This document shows positions 17,078 to 25,328 of a stretch of 64,000 nucleotides of DNA, piece by piece (the first letter of the stretch is position 1; the number at the start of each line of letters is the position of its first letter). Below the pieces are notes generated by a model that was not told where the DNA came from, made no database searches, and saw nothing but the letters and a program-made list of their open reading frames with translations. A program made the position numbers and the translations under genes. Origin of the DNA: Solirubrobacterales bacterium (lineage in GTDB: Bacteria; Actinomycetota; Thermoleophilia; Solirubrobacterales; 70-9); the NCBI GenBank assembly GCA_035473555.1, contig DATIOC010000043.1:73-64072 (forward strand). Reading direction: 5' to 3'.

Positions 17078-17689
17078 GTGTCCCCGGCCGAGAGGATCGA
17101 GGCAGCCGCAGAGCGCTCGCCGCTCGTGCGGGCGGCGCTGGAAAAGGCCCGCACCGCCCACGCCGGGCAGGTGCGCAACGGCAGCGGCGGAATGCCCTAC
17201 GTCGAGCACCCGATCGCGGTGGCGGCGCTGCTCGAGGAGCAGGACTACGGCGAGGAGGTCCTGGCCGCAGCGCTGCTCCACGACGTGATCGAGGACTCCG
17301 ACGCGACGCTCGACGAACTGCGCGAGCTGTTCGGCGGCGAGGTCGCCGGCATGGTCGGGGCGCTGACCGACGACGAATCGATCGAGTCCTACCGCGAGCG
17401 CAAGGCCGAGCACCGCGAACGGGTGGCGGCGGCCGCGGGCGGCGCCCACGCGATCTACGGCGCCGACAAGCTGACCAACGTCAGAACCCTGCGCACCGCC
17501 TACGAAGCCGAGGGCGACGCGGTCCGCGAGGAATTCAGGGTCCCGATCGAGCTGAAGACCGAGATCTGGGAAGCCGACCTGGAGCTGCTGCGCGAGAAGG
17601 CGCCGGAGGTTCCCTTCCTCGACGAGCTGGGCGAGGAACTCAGTCGCTTTCGGGCTCGCCTAGAGGCTCCTGCCCGGCCGCCAGCCTGA
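17078..17689 (+). CDS. HD-domain (RelA/SpoT-hydrolase-like) protein
   Basis: AHAGQVRNGSGGMPYVEHPIAVAALL...AALLHDVIEDSD.... This is an HD(p)ppGpp-hydrolase-type motif in a short single-domain protein. Confidence 0.75.
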   Translation: MSPAERIEAAAERSPLVRAALEKARTAHAGQVRNGSGGMPYVEHPIAVAALLEEQDYGEEVLAAALLHDVIEDSDATLDELRELFGGEVAGMVGALTDDESIESYRERKAEHRERVAAAAGGAHAIYGADKLTNVRTLRTAYEAEGDAVREEFRVPIELKTEIWEADLELLREKAPEVPFLDELGEELSRFRARLEAPARPPA

Positions 17690-18179
17690 AGCGGCGCTGC
17701 AGCGGCAGCGCGAACCAGAAGAAGCCGAAGACGAGAACCGAGGCCGCCGTCATCGCCGTCGTCGCGGTCGAGCCGAAGAGGACGTCGGTGATCAGCATGA
17801 TCGCCCCGGTCATCGCCAGCGCCAGGAAGACGAGGCCGACGATCGAGAAGCGGTTGGCGTAGAAGATCAGCCGGCGCTTCTGCTGGTAGCGGAAGGTGAG
17901 CCGGTGATAGGCCGAGGGCGAAATCAGCATCACCGCGGCGATCGCGGTGCAGACCAGGGTCCCGAAGTAGGCCCCCTTCTGGAACGGGGTGATCTTTTCG
18001 AAGCCCTGCTGGAACGGCACCGCCAGCAGGAAGGCGAAGAGCACCTGGACGCCGGGCAGGGCCACGCGCAGCTCCTGCAGCAGCTCGGAGAGATTGCGGT
18101 CGAGGCGTTCCTCTTCGGTCTCTTCCCGACCCGAATCGCGCCCGTGCTGATCCTTCTCGGAGGAGTTCCCGTTCTCCAT
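17640..18179 (-). CDS. DUF6328-family membrane protein
   Basis: MENGNSSEKDQHGRDSGREETEEERLDRNLSELLQELRVALPGVQVLFAFLL.... Start taken at M7 of ORF 17640..18197. The 3' end overlaps the convergent HD gene by 50 nt. Confidence 0.7.
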   Translation of the reverse strand: MENGNSSEKDQHGRDSGREETEEERLDRNLSELLQELRVALPGVQVLFAFLLAVPFQQGFEKITPFQKGAYFGTLVCTAIAAVMLISPSAYHRLTFRYQQKRRLIFYANRFSIVGLVFLALAMTGAIMLITDVLFGSTATTAMTAASVLVFGFFWFALPLQRRFRLAAGQEPLGEPESD

Positions 18180-18190
18180 TGCAGCACCAT

Positions 18191-19546
18191 ATGGCAATCG
18201 AGACGGCAGTCCTTCTCTTCAACCGGGACCTCCGGGTCCACGACCATCCGGCGTTGGCCGCCGCGGCGAGGGCCGAGCGGATCGTGCCCCTGTTCGTCTT
18301 CGACGAGCGGCTGCTGGGGTCGCGCTTCGCGGCGCCGAACCGGGTCGCGTTCATGCTCGAGGCGCTGCGCGACCTCGACGAGTCGCTGCGCAAGGCGGGC
18401 GGCCGGCTCTTCGTCCGGCGTGGCGACCCGGTCCGCGAGGCCATCGCGGTGGCGCGCGAGTGCGGCGCCGGCGCGCTTCACGTCAGCGCCGACTGGAGCG
18501 CCTACGCGCGGGCGCGGGAGGAGCGGCTGGCGCGGGCCTGCACCGAGGAGCGGATCGAGTTCACGGCGCACCCGGGGGTGACGGTGGTGCCGCCGGGCGC
18601 GGTGACGCCGACCGGCGGCGACCACTTCAAGGTCTTCACCCCCTACCACCGCGCCTGGAGCGAGCTGCCGTGGCGGGATGGGCAGCGGGTGCCGAGCCGG
18701 CTCGCGGTCCCCTCGAAGCTGAAGGCGGGACGGCTGCCGGCGCTCGACTCGCTGGTCGCCGGCCGGCCCTCGCCGCGGCGGATGGCCGGGGGCGAGAGCG
18801 AGGGCCGCAGGCTGATGCGCACCTGGCTGCGCGAGGGCCTCGCCTCCTACGAAGACGGCCACGACGACCTCCCTGGCGACCGCACCTCCCGCCTCAGCGC
18901 CCACCTGCGCTGGGGCTGCGTCTCACCGCTGGAGCTGGCCCGCGAAGCGACCGAGCGGCGCGGCGGGGCGGCCTACGCCCGGCAGCTCTGTTGGCGCGAT
19001 TTCCACCACCAGGTGCTGGCGGCGACGCCGTCCCTCCCCCACCGCGACTACCGGCCGCGCCGCGACCGCTGGTCGCGCTCCGAGCAGGCGCTGGAAGCCT
19101 GGCGCGAGGGCCGCACCGGCTACCCGCTGGTCGACGCGGCGATGCGCCAGCTCCGCGAGGAGGGCTTCATGCACAACCGGGCGCGGATGACCGTCGCCTC
19201 CTTCCTCTGCAAGGACCTCTACGTCGACTGGCGCGCCGGCGCCTGGCACTTCTGGGACCTGCTGAGCGACGGCGAGATCGCCAACAACGCCGGCAACTGG
19301 CAGTGGGTGGCCGGAACCGGCAACGACACCCGGCCCAACCGCGTCCTCAACCCCGTCCGCCAGGCCAAGCGCTTCGACCCCGATGGCCACTACGTGCGCC
19401 GCTACCTGCCCGAGCTGGAGGGGGTCCGCGGCAAGGCGATCTTCGAACCGTGGCGGATGGAAGGGTTCGACCGCCTCGACTACCCGCCGCCGCTGGTCGA
19501 CCACGACGAGGCCGCGGCCGCGTTCAAGGCCCACCGGGGCGCATAG
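18191..19546 (+). CDS. phr: Deoxyribodipyrimidine photolyase (cryptochrome/photolyase family)
   Basis: MAIETAVLLFNRDLRVHDHPAL, ...SRLSAHLRWGCVSP..., ...GYPLVDAAMRQL...GFMHNRARMTVASFL...NNAGNWQWVAG. Confidence 0.92.
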   Translation: MAIETAVLLFNRDLRVHDHPALAAAARAERIVPLFVFDERLLGSRFAAPNRVAFMLEALRDLDESLRKAGGRLFVRRGDPVREAIAVARECGAGALHVSADWSAYARAREERLARACTEERIEFTAHPGVTVVPPGAVTPTGGDHFKVFTPYHRAWSELPWRDGQRVPSRLAVPSKLKAGRLPALDSLVAGRPSPRRMAGGESEGRRLMRTWLREGLASYEDGHDDLPGDRTSRLSAHLRWGCVSPLELAREATERRGGAAYARQLCWRDFHHQVLAATPSLPHRDYRPRRDRWSRSEQALEAWREGRTGYPLVDAAMRQLREEGFMHNRARMTVASFLCKDLYVDWRAGAWHFWDLLSDGEIANNAGNWQWVAGTGNDTRPNRVLNPVRQAKRFDPDGHYVRRYLPELEGVRGKAIFEPWRMEGFDRLDYPPPLVDHDEAAAAFKAHRGA

Positions 19547-19555
19547 GATCGACCG

Positions 19556-20242
19556 ATGGGACGGCTTGCCGTCATCCTCGGCAGCAACGCGCTCGGTCCG
19601 GGCGGCGAGGAGATCGCGGCTGCGGCGGCCGAGCAGGGGGCGGCGATCGTGCAGCGCCACCGCGCCGCCGACGGGACCTTCGTCCTCCCCCACGCGATCG
19701 ACCACGAGGCGGCGCTGCGGCCGCTGACCGAGCAGGGATGCGACCGGGTCCTGGCGATCGGCTCGGTCGGCTCGCTGCGGCCCGAGGAGCTCGGCGTCGG
19801 CGCGCTGGTCTGCCCCGACGACTTCATCGCCCTCAACCTCGGCGACTCGGTCTTCGCCGACGCCCGCGCCCACTCTGCGCCCGGCTTCGCCCCCGCCTGG
19901 CGCGAGGAAGTGATCGCCGCCTGGAGCGACGGCGGCCAGGCTCCGCGCGACGGCGGCGTCTACTGGCAGGCCCGCGGACCGCGCTTCGAGACCCCGGCCG
20001 AGATCCGGCTGATGGCGGCCCACGCGCACGTGGTCGGGATGACGATCGCCAGCGAGTGCGTCGTCGCCGGCGAGCTCGGTCTCGAATACGCCGCCCTCTG
20101 CGTCGTCGACAACCTCGCCAACGGCCTCGACGAGGGGACGATCAGCGTCGAGGAGATGGCCGCCGACCGGGCGATCAACGCCGAGCGCCTGCGCGAGGGC
20201 CTGGCCGCGGTCCTGCCACGCCTCGGGGCGGTGGGCCGATGA
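19556..20242 (+). CDS. MTAP-family purine nucleoside phosphorylase (short form, 228 aa)
   Basis: ...GPRFETPAEIRLMAAHAHVVGMTIASECVVAGELGLEYAALCVVDNLANG... is the PNP/MTAP C-terminal signature. The N-terminal phosphate-binding GGSG is not canonical (ILGSNAL). Confidence 0.75.
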   Translation: MGRLAVILGSNALGPGGEEIAAAAAEQGAAIVQRHRAADGTFVLPHAIDHEAALRPLTEQGCDRVLAIGSVGSLRPEELGVGALVCPDDFIALNLGDSVFADARAHSAPGFAPAWREEVIAAWSDGGQAPRDGGVYWQARGPRFETPAEIRLMAAHAHVVGMTIASECVVAGELGLEYAALCVVDNLANGLDEGTISVEEMAADRAINAERLREGLAAVLPRLGAVGR

Positions 20243-20245
20243 CCT

Positions 20246-20290
20246 TCGTCTGTTCCTTCTCGGCCCTATGCACGGATAAGGAACAGGCGA
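20246..20290 (+). promoter_or_regulatory. 13-bp stem hairpin (one G-U pair, 19-nt loop) between the MTAP-like gene and mtaD
   Basis: TCGTCTGTTCCTT ... AAGGAACAGGCGA. It ends 1 nt before the purine-rich RBS tract AGAGGGGGGG that precedes GTG 20304. Confidence 0.3.
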
Positions 20291-20303
20291 AGAGGGGGGG
20301 CGC

Positions 20304-21545
20304 GTGAGCCTGGTGGTTGAGAATGCGCTGCGGGATGGGGAGCGGGTCGGGGTTCGCTGCGAGGACGGGGCGATCGCGGCGCTTGGGGAGGGCGTCGCGG
20401 CCCAGCCTGGCGACGAAACGAGCGACGCCGGCGGCGCCCACCTGGTGCCGCCGCTGGTAAACGGCCACACCCACGCGGCGATGACGCTCTTCCGCGGCTC
20501 CGGCGGCGATCTGCCGCTGATGCCGTGGCTGGAAGAGAAGATCTGGCCGGTCGAGGCGAAGCTGACCGACGAGGACGTCTACTGGGGCGCCCGCCTCGCC
20601 TGCGCCGAGATGCTGCGCAGCGGCACCACCCGCTTCTGGGACATGTACTGGCACCCGGCGGCGACCGCGCGCGCGGTGTCGGACGCCGGCATCAGGGCGA
20701 CGATCGGCGCGCCGCTCTTCGACCTCCACGGCAGCCCCGAGCAGCTGCGCGAGATGGCGCACCGCGGCCTCGAGGAGCTCGCCGGCTTCGGTCCCGAGAT
20801 CACCCCCGCCCTCGCCCCGCACGCGATCTACACCGTCAGCGAAGAGTCGCTGGCCTGGATCGCCGAGCTCAGCGCCGAGCGGGACCTGCCGGTCCAGATC
20901 CACCTCTCCGAGACCGAGGGCGAGGTCCAGGACTGCCTCGCCGAGCACGGGACCCGTCCCGCCTTCTACCTCGACCGCCTCGGACTGCTGAGCGAGCGCA
21001 CCGTCCTCGCCCACGGCGTCTGGCTCGACCCCGAGGAGCTGGCGCTGATCGCCGAGCGCGGCGCCACCGTCGTCGCCAACCCGGTCGCCAATATGAAGCT
21101 CGCCGTCGGCGGCGTCTTCCCCTACCCCGCCGCGCGGGCCGCCGGGGTCGCCGTCGGTCTCGGTACCGACGGCGCCGGCTCCAACGACTCGCTCGACCTG
21201 CTCGCCGACCTGAAGACCTTCGCCCTCGTCCAGAAGCACGCCGCCGCCGACCCGACCGCGATCGAGGCCGGCGAAGCCTGGGCCGTCGCCACCGGCGCCC
21301 TTGCCCCGCGGCTCGGGGCCACCAGGCTCGTGCCCGGCGCGCCCGCGGACTTCCTCCTCCTGCGCGCCGAGGCGCCGGAGCTGGCGATCGGCGACCTCAC
21401 CGCCGACCTCGTCTACGCCGCCACCGGTGCCGTCGTCGACACCGCCGTCGTCGCCGGCAAGGCGCTGATGCGCGGCGGCGAAATCGAGGATTTGGAGGAA
21501 ATCGTGGTTCGAGCCGCCGCCCAAGGGGAAAGACTGGGGCTATGA
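20304..21545 (+). CDS. mtaD: Amidohydrolase, 5-methylthioadenosine/S-adenosylhomocysteine deaminase-like
   Basis: ...PPLVNGHTHAAMTLFRGSGGDLPLMPWLEEKIWPVE..., ...HLSET..., ...LGTDGAGSNDSLDL.... These are the metal-binding HxH and the family-typical motifs. Confidence 0.8.
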   Translation: MSLVVENALRDGERVGVRCEDGAIAALGEGVAAQPGDETSDAGGAHLVPPLVNGHTHAAMTLFRGSGGDLPLMPWLEEKIWPVEAKLTDEDVYWGARLACAEMLRSGTTRFWDMYWHPAATARAVSDAGIRATIGAPLFDLHGSPEQLREMAHRGLEELAGFGPEITPALAPHAIYTVSEESLAWIAELSAERDLPVQIHLSETEGEVQDCLAEHGTRPAFYLDRLGLLSERTVLAHGVWLDPEELALIAERGATVVANPVANMKLAVGGVFPYPAARAAGVAVGLGTDGAGSNDSLDLLADLKTFALVQKHAAADPTAIEAGEAWAVATGALAPRLGATRLVPGAPADFLLLRAEAPELAIGDLTADLVYAATGAVVDTAVVAGKALMRGGEIEDLEEIVVRAAAQGERLGL

Positions 21546-22711
21546 ACGAGCACGCCACCTCTTCGGTCCGCTACGAGGAAACGACCAAGCGCTACGGCGA
21601 CGCCACCGCCCCGGCGGTCGACAAGCTGACCCTCGAGGTCCCGGCCGGCGAGATCTGCGTCCTCGTCGGCCCCTCCGGCTGCGGCAAGACGACGGCGATG
21701 CGGATGGTCAACCGTACGGTCGAGATCACCGAAGGAGACGTCCTCCTCGGCGACCGATCGGTCCGCGACTACGAGCCGGCGCAGCTGCGGCGGGAGATCG
21801 GTTACGTGATCCAGCAGATCGGCCTCTTCCCCCACCGCACGATCAGCGAGAACATCGGCGCGGTCCCGCAGCTGCTCGGCTGGAAGAAGGACCGGATCCG
21901 CGCCCGCAGCGCCGAGCTGCTGGAGCTGATCGGGCTCGACCCCGAGCTCGGCGACCGCTATCCCGCCCAGCTCTCCGGCGGCCAGCAGCAGCGCGTCGGC
22001 GTCGCCCGGGCGCTGGCCGCGGACCCGCTGGTGATGCTGATGGACGAGCCCTTCGGCGCGATCGACCCGATCAACCGCGAGCGCCTGCAGAACGAGTTCC
22101 TCCGCCTCCAGGCGGAGATCCGCAAGACCGTCCTCTTCGTCACCCACGACATCGACGAGGCGATCAAGATGGGCGACCGGATCGCGATCATGCGCGAGGG
22201 CGGCCGGGTCGAGCAGTACGCGACCCCGGCGGAGGTGCTGATGGCGCCGGCCAACGAGTTCGTCGAGGACTTCGTCGGGGCGGACCGGGCGCTGAAGCGG
22301 CTGGCGCTGATGCGGGTCCGCGACATCGACCTCTGGGAGGCGCCGCTGGCCCATGTCGGCCAGGCGACCGGCGAGGTGCGGGCGAAGCTCGACTCGCCCG
22401 ACGTCGAGGTGCCCTACCCGCTGCTGGTCGACGGCGAGCGCCGCCCGCTCGGCTGGCTCAGCGAGCGCGATCTCCGCGCCGAGACGGTGCCGAGCCGGCC
22501 CGACTCGCCGCTGGGCCCGGTGCTGGAGCTCGACGACGTGATGCGCGACGCCCTCGCCGACCTGCTCCAGCACGAGACCCAGTACGCGCCGGTGGTCGAC
22601 CACACCGGCCGCGTCGCCGGCGTCCTCTCGGTCGAGATCATCTCCGAGTTCCTCGCCTCGCCGAAGGCGAAGACCGACGAGCAGCCGGCGGTGGAGCGAC
22701 CGCATGGTTAA
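21542..22711 (+). CDS. Osmoprotectant (glycine betaine/choline-type) ABC transporter ATP-binding protein with a C-terminal CBS pair
   Basis: ATG 21542 overlaps the upstream TGA. Walker A GPSGCGKTT, signature LSGGQQQRV, Walker B LMDEPFGAIDP, followed by a CBS-like tail. Confidence 0.88.
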   Translation: MNEHATSSVRYEETTKRYGDATAPAVDKLTLEVPAGEICVLVGPSGCGKTTAMRMVNRTVEITEGDVLLGDRSVRDYEPAQLRREIGYVIQQIGLFPHRTISENIGAVPQLLGWKKDRIRARSAELLELIGLDPELGDRYPAQLSGGQQQRVGVARALAADPLVMLMDEPFGAIDPINRERLQNEFLRLQAEIRKTVLFVTHDIDEAIKMGDRIAIMREGGRVEQYATPAEVLMAPANEFVEDFVGADRALKRLALMRVRDIDLWEAPLAHVGQATGEVRAKLDSPDVEVPYPLLVDGERRPLGWLSERDLRAETVPSRPDSPLGPVLELDDVMRDALADLLQHETQYAPVVDHTGRVAGVLSVEIISEFLASPKAKTDEQPAVERPHG

Positions 22712-23444
22712 CCCGGTGGTCGTCGCGGCGGCGGGGCAGGTCGGCGAAGACTTCTTCAAAGAACGCACCTCCGGCACGCTCCCCTGTCAGGCCAACGAAG
22801 CCCACCTCTTCTGCTTCGACTGGGCGAAAGAAAACATCGACCGCTACCAGACGCCGGCCCAGCAGCACCTGGAACTGGTCGTCATCTCGGTAGTGATCGG
22901 GTTCGTGATCGCCTTCGCGCTGGCCCTGTTCTCCCATCGCACCCGCTGGCTGCAACCGCCCCTGCTCGCCGCCACCGGCATTCTCTACACGATCCCCAGC
23001 ATCGCCTTCTTCTTCCTCCTACTGCCGCTGACCGGCTTCGGCCGGGACACGGCGATCATCGTCCTCTCCGCCTACACCCTGCAGATCATCTACCGCAACA
23101 CGATGCTGGGCCTCGACAACGTCCCCGATTCGGTCAAGGACGCCGCCCGCGGGATGGGATTGACGAACCGTCAGATCCTCTGGAAAGTCGAACTGCCGCT
23201 GGCGACGCCCGAGATCATCGCCGGGCTGCGGATCGCTACCGCCAGCACGATCGCGATCACGACCCTGGTCGTCTTCATCAGCGCCGGCGGGCTGGGGACG
23301 GAGATGTACGGCTCGAACTTCAACTTTCCGACCGCGATCCTGATCGCCGTCGCGATCATCGCCGTGATGGTGATCGTCTTCGACCTCCTATTGCTGACTG
23401 CCCAGCGGCTGCTGACCCCGTGGCGGAAGGTAAGGCCGATATGA
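22704..23444 (+). CDS. ABC transporter permease (BPD/OpuC-type)
   Basis: 246 aa with the EAA-like loop ...DAARGMGLTNRQILWKVELPLATPEIIAGLR.... Confidence 0.85.
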   Translation: MVNPVVVAAAGQVGEDFFKERTSGTLPCQANEAHLFCFDWAKENIDRYQTPAQQHLELVVISVVIGFVIAFALALFSHRTRWLQPPLLAATGILYTIPSIAFFFLLLPLTGFGRDTAIIVLSAYTLQIIYRNTMLGLDNVPDSVKDAARGMGLTNRQILWKVELPLATPEIIAGLRIATASTIAITTLVVFISAGGLGTEMYGSNFNFPTAILIAVAIIAVMVIVFDLLLLTAQRLLTPWRKVRPI

Positions 23445-24148
23445 GCGCCCCTCCCCTCGCCTCCTTCATCGGTGCGGTCGAATTCATTTTCGCCCCCCAG
23501 GAATCGAACGTCACCGGCGGCAAGAAGGTCGGCGGATTCGAAAAGACGATGGAACTGCTGATCGGCCACCTCGAGGTGACGGTGCTGGCGCTGGCGCTGG
23601 CGCTCCTGATCGGCCTGCCGATCGGGCTCTATCTCGGCCATCGCGGCAAGGGCGAACTCATTGCCGTCGGCATCGGCAACGTCGGCCGTGCGGTCCCCGA
23701 GCTGGCGGTGATCGCCCTGGTCGCGACCCTGATCGGCATCGGGATGAGGAACGTGGCGCCGGCCTTGGCGCTGCTCGGCATCGCCCCGATCCTCGTCAAT
23801 GCCTACGTCGGCGTGCGCCAGGTGGACCCTGCCACCGTCGACGCCGCCCGCGGACTGGGCATGACCGAGCTCGCGATCATCGGCAAGGTCGAGCTGCCGC
23901 TGGCGATCCCCACGGTGATGGGCGGGATCCGCGGGGCGGCGATCGTCATCGTCGCGACCGCGACCATCGCGCCTCTGGCCGGGGTCGAAACGCTCGGCGA
24001 CTTCATCCTCAACCGCAACGTCTACGGCGAAAACGGCCTGCTCGCCGGCGCGATCCTCGTCGCCCTGCTGGCGATGACGATCGAGGGCTTGCTCGCCCTT
24101 CTCCAGCGCCGGCTGACTTCCGACGGGCTGAAGGTAAAGACTGCGTAA
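23441..24148 (+). CDS. ABC transporter permease (second subunit)
   Basis: ATG 23441 overlaps the upstream TGA. Sequence ...DAARGLGMTELAIIGKVELPLAIPTVMGGIR.... Confidence 0.85.
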   Translation: MSAPPLASFIGAVEFIFAPQESNVTGGKKVGGFEKTMELLIGHLEVTVLALALALLIGLPIGLYLGHRGKGELIAVGIGNVGRAVPELAVIALVATLIGIGMRNVAPALALLGIAPILVNAYVGVRQVDPATVDAARGLGMTELAIIGKVELPLAIPTVMGGIRGAAIVIVATATIAPLAGVETLGDFILNRNVYGENGLLAGAILVALLAMTIEGLLALLQRRLTSDGLKVKTA

Positions 24149-24186
24149 CCCAGACTCACCAATCCACCCCAATTAGGAGGCAACAA

Positions 24187-25176
24187 GTGAGGACCGACCA
24201 GACGAGAATGCGGGTGCTGCTTGCGGCACTGGCGGCGCTCGCGCTGACCCTGGCGCTCGCCGCCTGCGGCAGCAGCGGCGACAGCACCACTTCCGGCTCG
24301 ACCGAAGGTGGCGAAACGGGGGCGATCCAGTCCAACCCCGACAACGGCAAAGTCAACCTGACGATCGGCTCGAAGAACTTCCCCGAACAGGAAATCCTCG
24401 GCGAAATCTACGCCCAGGCCCTGGCCGCGGCCGGTTACAAGGTGAAGACCGCGCTCAACCTCGGCTCCGAAACCGTTGCCCTGAAAGCGGTGAAGACCGG
24501 GCAGATCTCCGGCTACCCGGAGTACGCCTCGACGGCGCTGACCTCGTTCTTCGGCCTCGAACCCGAAGAAGTCCCCGCCGACGCCACCGAAGCGTGGGAA
24601 AAGGCGAACGAAGAATTCGAAGCCGAAGGCCTGCAGGCGTTCGAACCGACGCCGTTCGCATCCGCCAACGCGGTCGGCACGACCACCGAGACGGCCGAAA
24701 AGTACGGCCTGAAGACGATCTCCGACCTCGAAGGCGTCTCGGAAAAACTCTCCCTCTACGGCTCCCCCGAGTGCCGCCAGCGGATCGACTGCCTGGCCGG
24801 GCTGGAAAAACTGTACGGGCTGAAGTTCAAGTCCTTCACCCCGGTCGACATCGGCCTCCGCTACACCGTGCTGGAAAAGGGTCAGGCGGATCTCTCGATC
24901 CTCTTCACCACCGATCCGCAGCTCTCGGCCGAGAGCGACAAGTTCGTCATCCTCGAAGACGACAAGGAAGTCTTCCCGGCCGGCAACGTGATCTTCGTGA
25001 CCGAGAAGAAGGTCGCCGAAGAAGCTGGGCCGGATTACGAAAAGACGATCCTGCAGGTTCAGGAAGGGCTCGACCTGGAAGTGATGCAGGAGCTTGATGC
25101 TCGGGTCGAACTTGAAAAGCAAACGCCGAAGGAGGCCGCTAAGGCTTACCTCGAATCGGCGGGGTACATCGGCTGA
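24187..25176 (+). CDS. Glycine betaine/osmoprotectant ABC substrate-binding lipoprotein (OpuAC family)
   Basis: AGGAGG RBS, lipobox LTLALAACGS, ...IGSKNFPEQEILGEIYAQAL..., ...LEDDKEVFPAGNV.... Confidence 0.85.
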   Translation: MRTDQTRMRVLLAALAALALTLALAACGSSGDSTTSGSTEGGETGAIQSNPDNGKVNLTIGSKNFPEQEILGEIYAQALAAAGYKVKTALNLGSETVALKAVKTGQISGYPEYASTALTSFFGLEPEEVPADATEAWEKANEEFEAEGLQAFEPTPFASANAVGTTTETAEKYGLKTISDLEGVSEKLSLYGSPECRQRIDCLAGLEKLYGLKFKSFTPVDIGLRYTVLEKGQADLSILFTTDPQLSAESDKFVILEDDKEVFPAGNVIFVTEKKVAEEAGPDYEKTILQVQEGLDLEVMQELDARVELEKQTPKEAAKAYLESAGYIG

Positions 25177-25189
25177 GCAGTAGGTATTT

Positions 25190-25311
25190 GGGCCTGTCGG
25201 TGGGGGTGTTCCCGGAGCACCTCCGCCGGCTGGCTGGTTTTACGGCTGCGCCCCAAACGCAATCGGGCCGGCTCCATGCTGAGTACCGGGAACACCCCCA
25301 CCGACAGGCCC
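25190..25311. repeat. 26-bp perfect inverted repeat with a 70-nt spacer (large palindromic element in a convergent intergenic gap)
   Basis: GGGCCTGTCGGTGGGGGTGTTCCCGG (25190-25215) and its exact reverse complement (25286-25311). It occupies most of the gap between the SBP gene stop (25176) and the MFS gene stop (25329). Confidence 0.85.
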
Positions 25312-25328
25312 TCCGACAGCTGGAGGAC

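Noticed and set aside
17640-17689. The 50-nt convergent overlap of the HD gene and the DUF6328 gene as a regulatory feature
   Set aside because: More likely it reflects uncertainty about the true 3' end or frame of the low-complexity HD C-terminus (…RARLEAPARPPA). There is no supporting structure.
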